In this document: positions 1 to 17,352 of the stretch, piece by piece
How positions within the stretch are numbered: the first letter of the stretch is position 1
Layout: each line of letters starts with the position of its first letter
DNA from: Prorocentrum cordatum
Lineage: Eukaryota
Length of the DNA stretch: 64,000 nt
Direction: 5' to 3'
NCBI GenBank assembly: GCA_963575745.1
Contig: CAUYUJ010000002.1
Coordinates: 1,798,001 to 1,862,000 of the forward strand
Notes under the pieces: generated by a model
What the model was told of the DNA's origin: nothing
Seen by the model: only the letters and a program-made list of their open reading frames with translations
Databases searched by the model: none
Program-made: the position numbers and the translations under genes

Positions 1-2401
1 GCGTGGTTTCCTTGGAGACCAGATCGCTCTGAATTTAGAGTTCAGCGGCGAGTTTGATACTTTAGATTGGCGTTGGAACGTGATGGTTGGCACGAACGCA
101 CGCCAGCCTTTTCCGCAACACTGCGGGGCTTTACCGTCGTGCGTTGTTCATGAGGCTCACGTATTGCATTGGGCTTGCACGCGCACCAAGCCATTCCATT
201 TACCCGTCGGATCTTCCCCATCGGACGTGCAGTACCAGCATTTTGAGCCTTACGACCTCCGACGGAATTGTTTGGCACCTGGAGGCAGATAGAGTGCCCC
301 TCCCGTTTTTGGCCGGGTTCACTTGGTCCATGATTCGCAGAGAGGCTTGCAGTTCACAGGGCATCGTTGCATTCGTTATCTCCTGCCCCATCGGAGTCGC
401 ATTCCTGCACCAGCAGTCCGAGCCCTTTGGGCCTAACCAGGCTCATCGTCCGCCGCCAATGCCGACGCCGCGGGCGACGAGGACGAGGAGAAGGAGGAGG
501 CGGACCCTCAGCAGACCCGGCGAAGTTGCTGCGCCCTGCGAGCGACGACATTTCGCCACGTGTCTGACATCGAGCAGGAGGAGGAGGAGGAGGAGGAAGG
601 AGGAGGAGGCGGAGGAGGAAGGAGCAGGAGGAGCAAGAGGAGGACAGGAAGACGGGAGGGAGAGGGAAAGGAGGAAGAGCAGCGGAGGTAGAAAATCAGA
701 GGTGGTAGGAGGAGGAGGAGGAGGAGGCAGAAGAAGAATAACAACAAACAGAAGACGAAGAAGAAGCACGAACATGACGAGAATAAGAAGACGGCACAGA
801 AAAAGGGGAGGAGGAAGAGGAGGACGAGGACGACGTCGTCGACGAAGTAGGATCGGAGAGAAGAGAGAGAGGCAAGATAGGTGCGATCGCGCCCTATCTG
901 ACATCCTGCCCCTCCTACCCATCCCCTCCCATTGCGCTGATTGATTCTCTGTCTGCGGACGCGTGTCACAGCGGACCTGGAACTCGCAAAAACACCTCGT
1001 CATGCTATGCGCAATCGAGAAGGGGTAGCTGAGCAGGAGGCTAAAGGAGGAGGATGAGGATGAGGAGGAGTGCGAAGGCGAACGGCTTCAGCGGGAACCG
1101 AAGCGGAAGGAGCGGGGGGAGCAGGAGGACCAGGGGAAGGCGGAGGAGTGGGGTCGACACCGAGGAGAAGGGATCCGGACCCAGAAGATTGACCCGCGCT
1201 GGGGCGAGAACGCCATCCTGAAGGACGGGGGCAGAGCGCCGATCCGAAGATGAGGCCCATGCTGCAGCAGGAGCAGCAGATTGAAACACCGAAGACAATC
1301 GGATTATCAAAACAACATCAGAAACATGTTGTCCACTAGTGTGTGGAGGAAGCAATACGCGAAGAGGGCGGGACATCTTCAGGACAGAGTCAGGGGAGAG
1401 AGGAGAGTAGTATTCGGAATGTGTACTTGTTGGGAGGAGGAGGAGGAGGAGGAGGAGGAGGAGGAGGAGGAGCAGAGAGAAGGACGAGAAGGCGGAGTTG
1501 GAGGGACGAGGAGCAACGGGAAGGATGAGGAGCAGCAGCAGCAGGAGGAGGGGTGGGGTGGAAGAGGCGGAGAGATGGAGATGGAGGGCAGCAGCAGGAG
1601 GAGCAGGAGGAGGGGGGAGGAGGGAGGGAGGCCAAGGAAGGGACGGCAAGAAGAAGGAGGATAATGCGAATGAGGCGGATGAGGAAGGAGGGGGAAGAGA
1701 GAGAGAGAGAGGAGGAGAGTAGGGAGTGGAGGAGCAGGGGGGGGCAGCAGCAGCGGCATTCAACGCTGAGCTCTTCGTTCCGGGGGGGGGGGGAGGGAGC
1801 GATCACTGGCTGTTGATCCTCCACTGGTGCCCACGGGATGTTCTGCACGAGCGCGCGCCCCTCGACGTTCGCGCCTCGTGTTGCTTGCCCGGGAAAGTAT
1901 TGGTGTCAAGCAGGGCATGCCCCGCTGCAGGAAGAGTAGTCAGATACAAACAATAATGTTTAAAAAAGCTTGTGAGCGATGTTTCTATCATATTTGGCTA
2001 TACTTTGAATATGTTCTGACTATGTTTGAGTCTTCTTCTGAAACCCGCCTGTAGGAGGACATGTCCGACCTAATATCAGCGTTCGAGCTGCACTGTCGCC
2101 TCCCCCCCCCACAGGCTACAACAGTTGACACCGCATCACAGGCTACAACAGTTGACCTCCGCAGAAAAGCGGCCTCGACGCGTCGCCCCTCGGGCAAATT
2201 GGCCCACCCACGTTTCGACGCATCTTGGGACCCCCCGTGGGGCGCTGTTGGGACCCTGCCGGGCTGTATTGGGCCCGTCTCGGGCCGGCCGGAGTCTCGT
2301 CGGAACCCTCTCGGGGCGTTCTCGGGCTCTCTTGGAGTGTGCTGCGGCCCTCTCCAGCCCTCCCGAAGCCCTCGCGAGGCCCTCGCGAGGCCCTCCTGGA
2401 G

Positions 2402-2566
2402 TTAAGTCGGGCACATCCTTCGACAGGAGGGTTGTAAAACAATTGTAAAGAAATAGTCTGGGGACGGACGATGCTTCTGGTATTTTTGGGCATTGTGGGA
2501 GTGTTCCTGTTGGTATTTCTCATTTTTCGGCCGAAATCCGCCTGTAGGAAGACATGCCCGACCTAA
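2402..2566. mobile_element. MITE with 26-bp TIR and candidate 8-bp TSD (hAT-like); other copies at 16964-17106 and ~1960-2072 (right part)
   Basis: TTAAGTCGGGCACATCCTTCGACAGG ... CCTGTAGGAAGACATGCCCGACCTAA, flanked by TCCTGGAG and TCCTGGGG. Confidence 0.75.
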
Positions 2567-4170
2567 TCCTGGGGCCCTCACTGGGTCCATCTTCAGCGGC
2601 GCCTGCCCGAGTCGCTTTTGCTTTTGCAGGGCGGGCAGATCCCAGACCAGAGCCACCCGGCCGACGAGTGGACGCACCGTCCTCATCTCGAGGATTTCAC
2701 ACGCACGGGCGAGACGGTAGAGGGGGAAAGGAAACGGGACTGTATGATTGTGCGAGGCCCAGATGCGGGGGAATAGTGGTACCGTATCAGGTGTGATCCG
2801 GACAACATGATATCGTAGGAGATGGCGCTCGATGCAGTCGGGCCGCTGAAGAAGGAACCCTTGTCGTTGAGGAGGGGCTCAGTGATCCTTAATTGCTTTA
2901 CCATTTGTCTTACGTTGTCCATCGGTTTTCTATGGGAAATCGAAGTTTACCTCATGGAAAAAAAGGAGTCTCGTTCCTTGTTCAGAGTTCCTTATGACAC
3001 CGTTTCGACCGTAGGAGATGGCGCTCGATAAGATCAGGATGGGGCGCGCCCAGAAGGGGCGGGCCGAGAGGGTATGATCCGCCAGGTCGCCGCGCGGCCG
3101 CGCGGGCACGGCACAGGAAAGAAAGAGCCCCCCACACTAAGGACGTGAGGAGCACTTTTTGGTCGCGGCGCCAGTCGGACGGGGGGGGACGAGGTAAAAC
3201 AAACTCCGTTCCAGGGCGTGCCGGAACGCCCTCAGAGCGTTCCGGAACGCTCTGAGAGGGCCGCGGCGCCCAGTGTATCTTCCAGAGCCGTCGGATCTCA
3301 AAGCTTCTCGATTTGTCCTCACCCGATGTCATCCTCGCCCTGGCCTCGTCTTGGCCAGCAGTCGCGCGGCGCGAGGAGGCCGAGGCCAGGCTGCGAAGTG
3401 GCAAGGCAGCACCGCGGAGGCGAGGAGAGGGCGAGGGCGGCCGCGGGGAGAGGGGGCCGCGGGCAGGCGAGGCGCTCAGAGCGCCCCGTCCTTCGCGCCG
3501 GTGGCGCGGCCAGGTGTTGGGGAGCACGAGCCCCACACTTCGGCTTGTGGAGCACGGTCCAAGCTCCTCAGGGAGGACGATCGACTTCCCAAGGGCACCC
3601 TTGCAGCCTTGCCTCCTCGGTCCATCCTGGATCCCGTTCGATGGCCAGCCCCGCTCGAAAGAGCTTCAGCACGGGCGTCCGAGTGGCGTGCATCCTCATC
3701 GCGCATGCTTACTGCCAGTTCTGACTGTAAGCCACTGACGCTGCGAACATCAGTCCTTTGCGAAAGTGGCCTGGCGCTGCTGCTTGAGTGACGTTCCAGA
3801 TGGCTGACCAGATCCAAACAGTCTGCCTCACGTACCACCCCCGCTGAAGTTTTGACCTGCGTTCAGTACTGGCATGTCGGTTTTGTCACACATCCCAGAT
3901 GCGAGATTCTTCTTAAGCCCACGCACATCTATTTTGACACGGAACTTGGGCCTCCCTGTTTCAGCATCCGCAGCCCTCTCCCAAGCAAAGCGTGCTTTTC
4001 AGGCGGAGGCAGGGCCTTCAAGTCGAGAGATGCCCAATAATGTCCCGAGACTCGATTGGCACACGCACCCCGCCCGACGGCGGCCGATTGGCACGTCGAT
4101 CTGGCGACCTCCGCAGAAGAAGGGCGTGTGAAGCTTCATGTTGGTTGCCCGCCTGCTCCTGTGAGAGTGA

Positions 4171-8135
<3,965 letters not shown>

Positions 8136-8189
8136 GCGATGAAGCAAGTGGCTGGTACTTTGAAGCTGGAGTTGGCGCAGTACCGTGAG
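8136..8189 (+). CDS. atp1: F1 ATP synthase alpha subunit, next exon
   Basis: CAG|GCG ATG AAG... encodes AMKQVAGTLKLELAQYRE, continuing the previous exon exactly in phase 0. Ends GAG|GC (GC donor). Confidence 0.93.
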
Positions 8190-11100
8190 GCTCCCATCTT
8201 TGTTATTTGCAAGTGTTTCTCACATGTTCCTTCAATTGATTTCACCCCCATTCCCCACCATCCTCGTTCCCTTCCCCCCTTCCCACCTGGCCCGTCTCCT
8301 CCATCGTCGTATGACACCAACGGCCCCATCACAATATTGACGGTGCTTACAGACAATTATCGAGTGTTCGTGATGTGCGGTAGGTTAGCGTAGCGCGTTG
8401 CACGCGAATACCAGTATGTAATAATCGAACGGCGGTTTACATTTGCTCAACACATGTTAATCCACCAGCTGTGAGAACCATGCCTCCCTGTTATCGTGGA
8501 GAAAGTGTTGTCATATGCGCCGCTTGGCCATTTTGTGAAGCCCAGGCCGTCTGTTTAGTCGCCGAAGGGTACCATCGATGCCACAAAACAGCCGATCTCC
8601 TCGTTTCTCGCATGCACAAGAGCGTCGTTCGAGCTCTGGGGGGGATTCAGAGTCGGGAGTACATTACGGAGTTTGACAGAGGGGCAACTTCAGTTTCGAC
8701 AGGCTGTCGGAGTTGTCCACGTAATGCCAACATCCATCGTAGAGGAGTTAATTTCTACAGACTCTAGGCCCCACGCACGGGAGGAACCCAGAACCCAAGA
8801 CACGGCCACCTTCCTCGCCAACATCATGTTCATCATCACCCTCATCCTCGCCTGCCGATCGCCCTCGCACCTTCCTCGGCTCACTCATCTCAGCACATGG
8901 CCTCCTGTGAAGCATCCAGCCTTCATCACACCTATCGCCAGCACTCCACCGCACTCCTCCTCACCGCCCTCGTCCGTGCTCGTGCTTACCATCATCCGCT
9001 GCCACACCAGCACCGCCTCTGCTCTTCAGTGTCGCCACTCACCGCCAGAGCCCCCGTTTCTCGCTCTCGCGGCTGGCCCTTCGTCCGGGTGCGGGCGGCT
9101 CGTGTCTGAGCGGCCGTTTCCCCCCTACGCTCTGCAGAGGCGCTGGCGCGGTGCCCTCCAAAAGAACCCCTCCGCCGAAGGGTCTGAAGATTTGCGCGGC
9201 CGCCGGCGGACCCTATCAAGATTACGTGCGAAGTGGACGTCCAGGTCCCCCTGGGGCTCCCACCGAAGGGTTTGAGTCCGAGCGGCCGTCGGCCTCAACC
9301 TCATCAGAATCAGCCTCCACGGCGTGTTCCTGGTCCTGCCTTACTTTGCTCTTGTTCTTGGTATAATTTTCCTGGTCCTGTTCCTGGAAATCCTGTTCAT
9401 ACTACTCCGTCTCCTGCTCTTCGCTTCATCTGGCAGCGCTACTCTGGGGCAACCTCTGCACTTGCTCCCTCCAGGCAGCACCCCTTGTGAAAGCGTGCCC
9501 TTCCTCGTCCTCATCCGTTTCCTCCTCCTCGTCACCCTCGTTCACTCGCCATACTCCGCCTTCTCGTGATCGCCTTGCTACTGGTAATGATTGCGTTTGT
9601 TGCTCAAGCTCGCCCTCGTACCCCGACCCAAACGCATACACACAAACACAGACGCAATACATATCGCTTTGTAGAAAACCGATATAGAGAAATATATACA
9701 GATACGCGACTGCATTCGCTGCCACCTCGGCGTAAGCTTCGCAGCAGGCAGCGAGCAGAAGGCCCCCGCCTCTTTCGCGCCTTCCCATGGACCCCTCGCC
9801 CGCCATCTGATGTGTGGACACAGGTCCTGAGAGGGGATCACATGCGGTTTCTCTTGCGGGTGGCCGTTTACAACCCATTGTCTCTCATTCAGAGCTCACG
9901 TTTGGAGGAGATCGCGAGTGTGTTGGATGTGGATGTACTTCTTCTCAACGGCACGCGAGTCAGATAGTGGCCAGATAGACCGTATCACGTTCAGAATTTG
10001 TCAAACAGGCGGACTGCAGTTCATTTCGGTTGGCGGCGCTCCCCGTATGTGACCAACTGCGCGGGGACCTACATAGTGCTAGGACGACGGCTGCGACGGA
10101 ATCACGTCACCTCAGTCACCCCAACGCCGCGCGGATTGGAGGGCAGATCAGGCGACATTCGGGTCAAGTCAGGTGGTTTCGATATCCTGGCGGTCACGGG
10201 CTACCCACCGCCACTCTACGAGACGGGTTCGGCCAAACGAGCACAACAGCGCAGCATCGAGCTGACCATGCAGCACATCCACAACCGACTGGCGGGCGCA
10301 CCAGCTCGATGCACACCCATTGCAGGCTTCGACATCAACTCGGGGTTCGGCCAGATGACACGGAGGAGATTCGACTCGATCCGGACGGGCAGCACTTCGG
10401 CGCTTTTCACCTCAAGCGGAGCGGCATCGCAGGCCATCTGATGTACAACACCATGGGCCATGGAGTCCTTCGGCATGGCTTGCGTGAACACCTACTACCC
10501 GAGCGCACGGCCTACATAATTAGACATTGGCCTCATCGCATCATCTCTCTTGGAGGGTATTAAGACGTGCGCAGTGGCTTGGAAACGCGGACGTAAGCTT
10601 CAACTCATTCCCGACGCCCAGCCCAGAGACCACCTTCCCCTTGTTTTTCACGGTCGACCACGAGATGCCGACGTTCGTCCACCGCCAATTGCGACCCAGA
10701 TGGGACTACACCAACCTAGCCCGAGCACTACAACATGGCGAAGACCGACTGGGATTCCACCGAGAGCTCGACCAGCGAATGAACGACATCACCAACCAGC
10801 TTTCCAACTATGCCGACTTGCCGCATCCTGACTTCGTTTACGACATGTGGGCGCAGACCTTGTTGGACACCGCTCAAGCCCATTTCGGGGCTCACGGAGG
10901 CAGACGCGAACATGACGAGGTCACCCACTGGCGCCGCATACGCCTCGAGGAACTACGAGCTCGCCAACAACTACGCGACCAACTCGCCCACCTGTGGCAG
11001 GTCTACGGGGACGTTCTGGACCAGCACGAAGTCTACCTGAACACCCTCAAGAGCGAGATCAATGAGGCCACGTACTACGCCCGAAAGCGGCACGACCGGG

Positions 11101-13894
11101 CTATGCGACCTACCGCAAGTACCTGTACCAGAAGCTGGTGGAGGCCCGACGACTGGGGCACGCGGCGGACGTACATCGCATCGCACGGCCCCTCGCGGGC
11201 AAGGCCATGGGCGTGAAGAACCGCGTATACTGCCATCTCCCGAGCTACAAGCCCTCCCTCACCGAGCTTCGCGCCCGCGTCGAACGCCAAGGCAGCGAGG
11301 GGGGCACGGGGGCGCAACGCATCGATCTACGAGCTGAATTGGACCAACTTCTTTCTCCTCAAGAGGGCGACTTCCTGCGCGCTCGCACGGCGACCATGGG
11401 CTCTACTCCAACATTTTCTGATTCGACTACGGCGGGCCCAAAAACGACGCAGCACCACTAAGTGGAGCGTGCCAGCGGAAGTTGCTCTGATGGCGCTCGA
11501 CCCGACGTACCCGGCAAAGACGTTCACCACGCACGGTGGCTTGGGCTACTACACCACCACGCCAGCGGAGCCTACGACCACGCCCACTCCGACGCCGACG
11601 ACGAAGCCACCTACCACCAGCCACTCCATCCCCGCCTCGACTACACCGACACCACTCCAACAGCCCGACGCCGACCACCAGGAACCATGTGGGACGCTTG
11701 CGACTATGGACCGACCTGACGTTGACCCATTCGACGACCTTGACGTCGGGGACCCCTCCACGCCCGACGAACGCCCCACCATCACCTGATCTGGACCCCC
11801 AACCAGCACCAGCCCCGACGACTTTCGACCACGGCCCTGACCGACATCCACACACGACACGCGCGCAAGACGGAAGACACAACGTATTGGATGCAGCTTC
11901 CCACTACACCAACGCCAAGTCCTACTTCATGGACATCCCCATCCACTGCCTTCGTGCCAACCAACTCCCGACCACATCCTGCATCACCGAAGGCATCCTC
12001 CTCGACAAACGTAACCTGAAGAAGCAGATGTCCAGCCAACGAATCATTCGCCCCTCAGACACGATCTGGAAGAGTTTCTACGCTGTTCTCTACGGCTGGG
12101 GGATCGCAAGCTGGCCTGGACGAATACTACCCCCAGCCATTGGCGCGGATTCCTAACACACCGACGCCGCGAAGAAGCAACCTTGGTACAACGACGGACA
12201 GGCTGGTCACTTCGACGACAGAAGCAACGCCACAGCAACGAGCTTCACGAATTTACCAATGCATTCCTCTGCCCAAGGACAGGTTACCCCCTCCACATCA
12301 GCCATCAACATGTGCGCGACGACCTTCAGGCATTGGCGCGTCAACGGTTAGTGAACAGCATTGTGCTTATTCCAGTGGAGGACAAGGAGGAGGCTGTCCT
12401 ACTGCATGACGGTGGATTGCAGGGATCAAGCGAAAACCCCAAGCAGTTCGCAGGCGTCTATCATGAATGCATTATAGATTGGAAGAGTCTCACCCAGGAC
12501 CCGATCAGTATGTATGACGAGATAGAGGGATGCCACCAGGATGTATTTTTATCAGGCTTCGCCGACGACCTGCTGAAGAAACGACTGTGCCCGTCAGGCA
12601 CGGCGGAGGAGGTTTAGAGATGATTATGGCGGGCGACGAGCTTTTCGACGATGCACTCCACCATTGGCACCTTGCGCAGAACAAATCAACACACAAAAAA
12701 ACGGCATCGTTCCTTGCCTCGGGTCCCATGTCGAAAATTGGAAGCTCCAGGAAGTTCGCCCTCCTCAGGGTCAGCTCCAGGGAGTTATGCCCGCCACCTT
12801 GAAGCTCGCTACACCATGGCAGCTAGTAACAATTTGGGGATCTCGAATCGCGTGCACTCTATGACAGCGGGGCGGTGCCAGCTGGGGAAGTTCTGGAACG
12901 AGAGGGGGCTCTGGAAGCTCAAGAGTGAAATCTTCCTGGGGAAAGTGATCGAGCCTGGGGTCTCGGGTCTGTCTGGAGGCCTTCGTCCTGAAGAAATCCG
13001 AGGAGAAGTAGCTGGAAGCCCAAACCGTGAAGTATCTTCGTGCCTTGATGCAGGGTCGCGCCAAGACGATCCACGTGGGCTTGCACATGACTGCGATGAG
13101 TAACGTCGAGGGTCTCAAGAATTGGAAGATCCTTCCAGTGAGAGCAGAGCTAGCGGTCAGACGAATTAAATGGCTTCAGAGCATGTGTCGACACAAACAA
13201 GCACCTCGTCAAACCCTGGTCGCCATTTTCGGACACATCCCGAACGAACCGTCTACCCTGGACGAAATCGGCCGCACCAGAGCTACTGCGAACCCATGGG
13301 CCCATCAGTTTTCCAGCGACCTCGACCTCTTCAGGGGCACCAGCGGCGCGGAAAGCTTTTGGGAGATCTGGGCCGACACGAACAAGTCTTGGAAGGCCCT
13401 CCTCACCCCGAACTCCGAGTCCGAAGAAGCTTTCCTTAGACTAGACCCAGGCATTCTACGAGCAGCAGCACGCGCCCCAGGGAGCCCCACATGGCCTCGC
13501 TTCTACGACACCCCCACGGACATGATAGATGTGAACCCGAAGGTATTGAAATGCGAACTTCTAGACCACGAAACTGGACGAGGTTGTGAAATGACATTCC
13601 CGAGCTGTCGACAGCGAACTACTTGCCAAGCCTCTCGACATAGACTTCGGTTTACTATCCCGAGCAGTGTGATCACGAACCAGTGCCCTAATTGCTACAC
13701 GGTCCTGAAAAGCCGAGCTTGCGCCCAAACTCACCTGGGCCGTTGTCGCATGGGGCGGAACGCTATGAAATGGCCCTTGACAAACGTGAAGGGCCCCACG
13801 TGCGCCCTCTGTTCCGCTGCCTTTTCAGATCTGGCCTCACTCTACGAGCACAGCAGAATCGAGCACCTTCCGAGGCCAAGCCCGCGCATCGACC

Positions 13895-14550
13895 ATGCCG
13901 GCGCTACTGCAGGTCGGCAGCGGCGACGCCGAGGTGCCCTTCGAACGCAACCAGCGCCAGAGAAAGGACGGGGACGACGAGGAAAACAAGAAGAAGACGT
14001 ACGAGGCGGCGAAACAACAGCTCCCCACTCACACCAAGAAGCTGATGACGCTCATCGTGAAACAGCTACTCCGCTGTGCCCGGCAGAACCGCGACATGAG
14101 CAGCGTCATCTTCGACACCTGGATCTTCAAGAGCGACAGCAAGCTCATCCTTCGCATTCAGGAGCAGACAGCCGCCTGCGGCAAGGTCACCAAGGAGAAG
14201 GGAAAAATCACGACCTCGGACCTCCACAGATCTACGCGATGGGAGGCCTACTTGCAGCGGTGAAGGAGCTTCAACTAGAGGACCCGCCCAAGACACAGGC
14301 CACGAAAATGTTCACGGACTACGACAACTACGACAACGAGCAGAAGTCCGAGCTGGTGCTCTTCTGCAACGTCGACCGCATGTACGAGAAGGAGAAGAAG
14401 AGGCTGAAGCTCGCGGTCCGCGAGCCACAGTTTCGGGGGCACCTGATGCAGGCGTTGAAGACGACCTCAGCCAAGCGGAAATACGGCAGAGCACAAGCGA
14501 CGCACATGGAACGGGAGCTTCAGGAACGGGTGGAACAGCTCTTGATGTGA
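13895..14550 (+). pseudogene. Conserved 3' ORF of family A retrotransposon (~218 aa, one -1 shift at the A run 14203-14207); function unknown
   Basis: ATG at 13895 reads MPALLQ...KEKG, then continues in the neighbouring frame as KNHDLGPPQIY...MERELQERVEQLLM*. Homologous along most of its length to 41139-41915. Confidence 0.75.
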
Positions 14551-14647
14551 TTACCGAGGACACGAGAATGGGTGGCACAGATCACAGTGGGATTACCGAT
14601 GACAGCAGAATGGGTGGGACAGCTCATGGCGGGATTACCGATGAAAA
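14549..14647 (+). repeat. 42-bp tandem repeat, about 2.4 copies
   Basis: gattaccga(g/t)gaca..agaatgggtgg.acag.tca..g.gg recurs at ~14549, ~14591 and partially at ~14633. Confidence 0.8.
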
Positions 14648-17352
14648 GGCTTCGGGCGGGGACGAGGCTGCAGCAATGAGCGAGAGTATTTCAGCTGCAG
14701 CACTGCGTGAGAACGATGCGACCCCAGTTGAGACCAGGAGCGTGCAGTCTGTCACGCTTAGCCCGTCCCCCGTCACGGATCTTCGGGTGTACACGATGTT
14801 TCTGGCCACTAAAAATGTTTTTGTTCCTGGTAGTAGTATTTTTTACAGTTTAGTCTCGAGCAAACACGTGTTGCAACAAGCTAGATTTTGGCATCGATCG
14901 CAAACTTGATCGTCCCGTTTTCTGGTGGGATCCCCTCAATCTCTCTACGTCAGAGGTCGTGGTTCTCATGCTGGGGCTTGGTCGAGCCCGTCGGCTGCGA
15001 GACCACCACATAGGGTGGGGGCTTTTAGGCCCGCCATAAAGATGGGACATCGCTCCGTTTTGAAGGAGAGTTGCGAGCTGCGTTTCGTGCACTAGCTTGT
15101 GATGCTTGAACCTCGGGGCGAATGATGCGAATGAATGAATGAACACGGCGGCATTGGCGCTTCGGTATTTGAGGCTTGGCCTTGTAACATTGGTATTCGT
15201 CATATGTCCATCACGGTATTTCCTCTTCGTCATTCTCGCCCTACCCTGCGAGTTCGTCCCCATCCTCAGCTCTTTGCTTGCGGAGGCTCAGGTTAGGAGA
15301 GCTCCTTGGGAGCTCCACAAAACTTGTAAATGCTTGTTGTGGCCTTCTGGAGGCCTCCTGGCTTCCTTCTGGGGGCCTCATGGGGGCTTCCCTAGGCGAC
15401 CCTGCTTCCAACCGCGGTCTCCCTGAACGACTTGGTCACGATTTGAAATGATTCGGGGGGCGTCTTGAGGCCATATTGGTCCGTTATGGCGCTCTCTTTG
15501 GGCCATATTGGGGCCCTGTTGGGCTGTCTTGGGGCTCCTCTTCGACTGCCTGGAAGCCCTCTTTGTTAGTTTGATGACGATTATCTGGCCTTCCGGGCGG
15601 TCTCGGATGCGTGGAAGATCGAGTAACAGACGGACCATCCCCCAGATCACACAACACCGTAGGAAATCAATGCTTGTTATGTTTCGAATGGTTCTCGGGG
15701 GTCTTCTTTGGATCGTCTGGTGGGTTTCTGGGAGCCCCTGTGGGCTCTCGCGGGGCCGTTCGGCCGCCCTCCTGACCAAGTTGGGCCGACTGCCTAGGCC
15801 CAGCAGGGGCTTCAGGAGCCCCGGAAAACACAGGGGACCGTCTGCAAGTGCGTCCAGTGCAGGGTGCGCCTGGGGCCAGGGATCTGGGTCCATTTTAGGG
15901 AGGGGTTTCCGCAGATTCTCCTCAGAGTGGAAAAATAGAGAGGGGAACATATAAAAACACACAATCCTATTCCTACCCATCGCTCGTTGCGCATGTATTT
16001 ATACATTTTTCATACATGCATACATACATACATACATGCATGCATACATGCATACATACATGTATACACACATCGGTTCTCATATCCCAATTCGGACGAT
16101 TCCATATTTCAGGCATATGGCATGTGTCTCTTCCGCTTGCAGGGGGCAGGCGGAAATTTAATTTATGTTCACCGTTGTTTCTGTCCATCTCATGTCTCTG
16201 TCCACTTATTCCGAAGGATGTGTGTTTATATTCCTGCTCCGCCCCATACGCCTCCTCCAAGTCAGCATATAATCCCACTATCCTCGCCTTCGGTCCTGCC
16301 AGCAACCCTCCAAGCGGGGTGCCCGTCGCGCCCCTCAAAAAAACCACACGAAGCCGGCGCCATTCTTTTCAGCACGGACGTGTTCTCGCCAACGTTGCAG
16401 CATGCACGGCGGGAACGGGACGCTGCGCACATCGCGCGCGCGAGCGAGCGAAGTGCCGTGTCAGCGCCGCGCGTCAGCGCCGCGCCCGCGCCAGGGTTCG
16501 CCGCACTCTTTCCCCGCCGGCTCGTCGGCGGCGGTGTCGCGTGCGCGGGCGAGCATGCGATTCGCGCGCAAGCAAGCGTCGCGCCGTTTCCGCTCGGAAG
16601 TATAGTAGCGTGCTTCGCTTGGTGCGGCGCATACTCTTCGCTCGCCCGGTCGTTGGGAGCGCGGCCCCGTGCTTGCGGGCGAAAGGATGGTCCCCCGCCC
16701 AGCGTCCTCCTCCTCCTCCTCCTCCTCCTCCTCCTCCTCCTCCTTCTCCTCCTCCTCCCCGCGCAGATGGGGTTCGAGAGTGGCGCTCCAGCTTAGACGC
16801 AGCGCTCCGGTCCGTCCCGTCGGAGGCATCATCGCCGCGCGCGCGAGGCCTGCGTGGCGTCGCCAGCCTTAAGCGCCGCGCGGTGGTTTTTGTTCCGAGA
16901 GTTCCGCTCCCGCTATTCTTCGGCGGCGAGGCATAGGCAGTCCGCACCAGCGTGGAACTAATCTTAGGTCGGGCACGTCACTCTACAGGAGAAAGATTCA
17001 AAAATAGTCAAAATGGTTTGGGGACGATTTGTTGAATCTGATTTTTTTTCAGTATTTGTTTATTCTTGTTTTTCCTCCAAAGTCTGCATGTAGGAGGACA
17101 TGCCCCAGGGGCAACCGAAAGGCGAATTGTCCGGCGTGCACGAGGAAGGAACGAAGACGAGCGAGGCCGCGCGAGGGGAGGAGCCCGCCTGTGTAAGGCC
17201 CTTGATCGTTGCTCGGCAGGACGTCGCAAGCGGGGCAAGGCGCGCGCGCGAGCGCCCGCCGTTCGCTGCAGGCGGAAGCGCGTGCCAGTCCCAGCATCCG
17301 ATGGTGACCGCACTGATGTCTGTGGCATGTGGGGATGGGTGGGAGTTGGTCC

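Larger units (their letters stand above)
9593..15050 (+). mobile_element. Decayed non-LTR retrotransposon, family A copy 1 (APE-like EN, RT, C2H2 fingers, nested 3' ORF); 3' end approximate
   Basis: EN motifs VAVYNPLSL, DVLLLNGTR, GFDINSG, PRDHLPL (9842-10645). RT motifs LLDKRN..RII..IWKSFY, HEFTNAF, GGLQGSS, SGFADDL (~11990-12575). CPNC..H and CALC..H..H fingers (~13680-13865). Many stops and frameshifts. Confidence 0.88.

Noticed and set aside
8525..8540. SL-like GCCATTTTG
   Set aside because: Only a 9-nt match, which could occur by chance, and there is no associated element.
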